Positions 1-64,000 of a stretch of 64,000 bases of DNA are shown here, in pieces. How positions within the stretch are numbered: position 1 is the first letter of the stretch; the number at the start of each line of letters is the position of its first letter. The position numbers and the translations under genes were made by a program. This DNA comes from Eledone cirrhosa (lineage: Eukaryota), in NCBI GenBank assembly GCA_964016885.1, contig OZ024740.1, positions 44,764,001-44,828,000 of the forward strand. Direction: 5' to 3'. The notes under the pieces are model-generated. The model searched no databases and was not told the origin of the DNA. It saw only the letters and a program-made list of their open reading frames with translations.

Positions 1-620
1 AAATCTCATGTCTGGCCCAAACATAGCAACATAGCATCATGGGGTTAATGAAAATTGCTGTGTAATGTGCATTTTTACTCATGTAAAACACGAGTCCTTT
101 AAAAGCCACATGTAAAGATTTTTAAGCACTTTCATCACAAATGTTAAATACATATTCTGAATGTCAACTGGATTTTAGGTGCTTAAGACATAAAACTGAG
201 GGGACCAGCATCTTTAGTATTGAAGCATTGAGACACAAGTATTGCTTACTTTGGATTGGACAAATTGTACAAATAAAATATCAAAGGTTCCCTGAAGTAG
301 ATATGGTACGGCGAGATTGTATGTGAAAAGTGACCCCTAGCACAAACCAAGGCCTGTGTCAAATTCTGCTTTGAAAGCATTTGAAAAATGTGAAGATAAC
401 TAGGAAGAACATACCTTTCATCAATAGCAATGGATAAAGGTTGGAGCAAAGTATGACACATTTAAACGAATTACAATTTGTGAAATGAATGGGATTAACT
501 TAGTCTGCATTATGTTGTTATTAAATGCCTTTCTATGGCTAGCCTGATGAGTTACCAATGAATTGATAAGACTAGACAAAAAGATAACACTGGTAGGTTC
601 ACTGCACCAAAGTGCATAAC
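1..620 (+). mobile_element. Degenerate RTE-clade LINE fragment (RT C-terminal region)
   Basis: Broken frames read FKHFHHKC..HILNVNW..TSIFSIEAL..LLWIGQIV..RFP..WYGEI, resembling the RTE C-terminal consensus FHxRCLRxILxIxW..SIEAxL..LRWxGHV..RxPK..YGEL. Many stops and frameshifts; boundaries approximate. Confidence 0.55.
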
Positions 621-1436
621 ATGGAAGTCATGTGGAAATATCTGGAATTCTATTGGTGGATTAAAAAATCAGTTCTGTATGATTAGATTGCACCTTAATA
701 TACTGATGCGTATATATGCACCAATGCAAACTCTAAAAAACCATTGACAAAAAACACTGTTCTTTTAAATAGCTAGTGATGATCTTGGTCAGACATGAGT
801 GGTCAACTATATATATATGTATGGTTGTCTAATTGCTTGTCTGACTGTATATATGTTTCTTTGTATTTATGTATGTATATATGAATGTCATTTGCAGGGA
901 AATGGAAATACTTGGTTTGGTGCCAGAGCAGGGTTAGCCATCCGGGAGTGAGAGACATCTGGTCCTTGTTAGGACATCATTCGAGAAGGAACACTGCAAC
1001 TAGATGGCAACCAATGATGTTTCTTTGTGGATACCTGTCATTGTTATTCAGAAAATGGAATTGATCTACTGCAAGGTCTTTCTTCCCTTGAAACTTCAAG
1101 AACAGGCATCACTTCATCTAAACATCAGTATTACTAGCCATAGCTGTAAAAGTCTTTTTGTCCCTCTTTTGCTGCAACATATCTAGAGAGGGAATGTAAG
1201 TCTCTGGCAAGACTAAAACATCATTCTTGTACCACCCATATGTGAGAAATGGATCAAATGATGGCAATTACCAAAATCAAGATGCAGTCATCATGTATAT
1301 ATGTGTGTATGTATGTATGACAATAAATATCTATATGAGACAAAGAAAAATAATCCTAGTATTTATTCTAACAACAGTAATATACCTTAACTGATTGTAT
1401 TGAAATAAAGGTTTTAAAGAAATTTTCAAACCCTAC

Positions 1437-61601
<60,165 letters not shown>

Positions 61602-62956
61602 CTAAGGGAAAATGAGCCACAATTAGCAAGCATTACATAGACAAAACAATAGAAAGCAACATGACATAGGAAGTTCATAGAATTGATTTGCATACATAGA
61701 GGGACTTAAACATGCTACAATTATGTTTACAAAAATACAGCATTATTTGAGCTACAATGCAACACAAGAGTATTTAAGAAAGACTTGTTTTCACGTTTGA
61801 ATATGAAGCATAATTTCTGGATTTGAAATGTTCGCTGTATATTTAACTCAATGCAGGAAATTGCAATATTTAATGACACAATTCCATCAACGAAAACCAT
61901 CTGTATACTCCTTTGGATGAAATTTCATTTGCAAATAACTTAGACCTCACAATAAATCTTGATAAAAAATATCCTTCTTTATCAGTTCCTGCTGGGAAGG
62001 CCTCATGTACAACTTATATTAACGGAATGTCATAAAATGTTAAAAAAGGTACCTTCCTTCAAATATTCTTGGAGCATGTTGAACAAAGATACAAATCTTG
62101 ATGATGAAATTGCAAAAAGCATTCACTCTTGAAATGTTAAAATCCTCATCATCTCAAGGATAACTATACAATCTCTAAAATGTCTATTAACAAAACAAGC
62201 ATTACGACTTTTTCATTGTATGGTAGTGAAATAAGGACAGTATATTCAATTCATGTAAGGCAAGTTTTTCAGCAAAGCTAGCTTTGACTAAGTTTGCATA
62301 AGAATCAGCAACATTATACAAAATAATTTAGGTTTTCTAGTTAGCAGATGATCTAAGCAGAGAAGCACTCATGAAAAATAGCTGACTGAAAATGGCAAGA
62401 TATTTAGATCTTAATGAATATCAAACAAAATTCTAAAGCATTTAAGTGATGGAGAAGTATATTGTGGGAAAGACACATGTGCAACCAAATTTTAGATACA
62501 AATATAGCCTAAAATCTGATCGAAAAACATTAATATTCATGGGGAAAGTTAGAAAAACTGGTGTTCAAAGGGATTTATGGAGAAAAAATATACACAATAC
62601 ATCTAATCATATTGAAGAGAATCGCATTAAACACTCAAACACAAACAGGGCACATGGAAAACAAAGGCAAATCCAGTAAGTATTATTCATCTGTTCAATA
62701 AATGTTCAACATTTGACCGATTTATGGCTGGGCAAATTACTACATAAATGGAAGCAGGCTAACCACCCCCAAGATCGTGTCTGTTAATCATGCAATACAC
62801 TGAAAAGATATATGTCTGTACATAATGCTAATTTCAAGGAATCTGCATTACATGTAACTGAGAACTATATATGTTATATTTTTTAATAAAATCTGCAAAA
62901 CATAAACTGGTCTAAATCAATGCTACTTGGCAGCTCATTATGAAGCAAACATTATA

Positions 62957-64000
<1,044 letters not shown>

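Noticed and set aside
61860-62700. Possible degenerate coding or TE sequence on the + strand
   Set aside because: Short open stretches with no motif I can recognise.

Overview
AT-rich, microsatellite-dense animal genomic DNA. The SINE/LINE/(TA)n landscape resembles octopus or another cephalopod, but that is inference. The window lies inside one giant minus-strand gene, with no start or stop seen. It contains 24 symmetric phase-1 exons (23 of 267 bp, one of 264 bp), each encoding one I-set immunoglobulin domain of titin/obscurin type. Nine exons sit in a near-perfect 2010-bp exon+intron tandem array (about 31.2-49.7 kb), and one of those copies has a dead splice donor. A decayed pseudo-exon and an orphan acceptor remnant are also present. 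The introns carry a Penelope-like retroelement (RT + GIY-YIG) arranged as a ~1.2-kb inverted repeat, RTE-type LINE fragments, two tRNA-SINE families, a mariner-type MITE, a non-autonomous Helitron, a ~735-bp spacer-less palindrome and a 1.3-kb (TA)n tract. The least obvious signal is a set of hammerhead-ribozyme motifs found by eye. They occur in both arms of the Penelope element, in a 470-bp-period direct-repeat (retrozyme-like) element at 55.15-55.81 kb, and as a type III-like motif with a long stem II in a (TA)n-embedded element at 63.0-63.5 kb.
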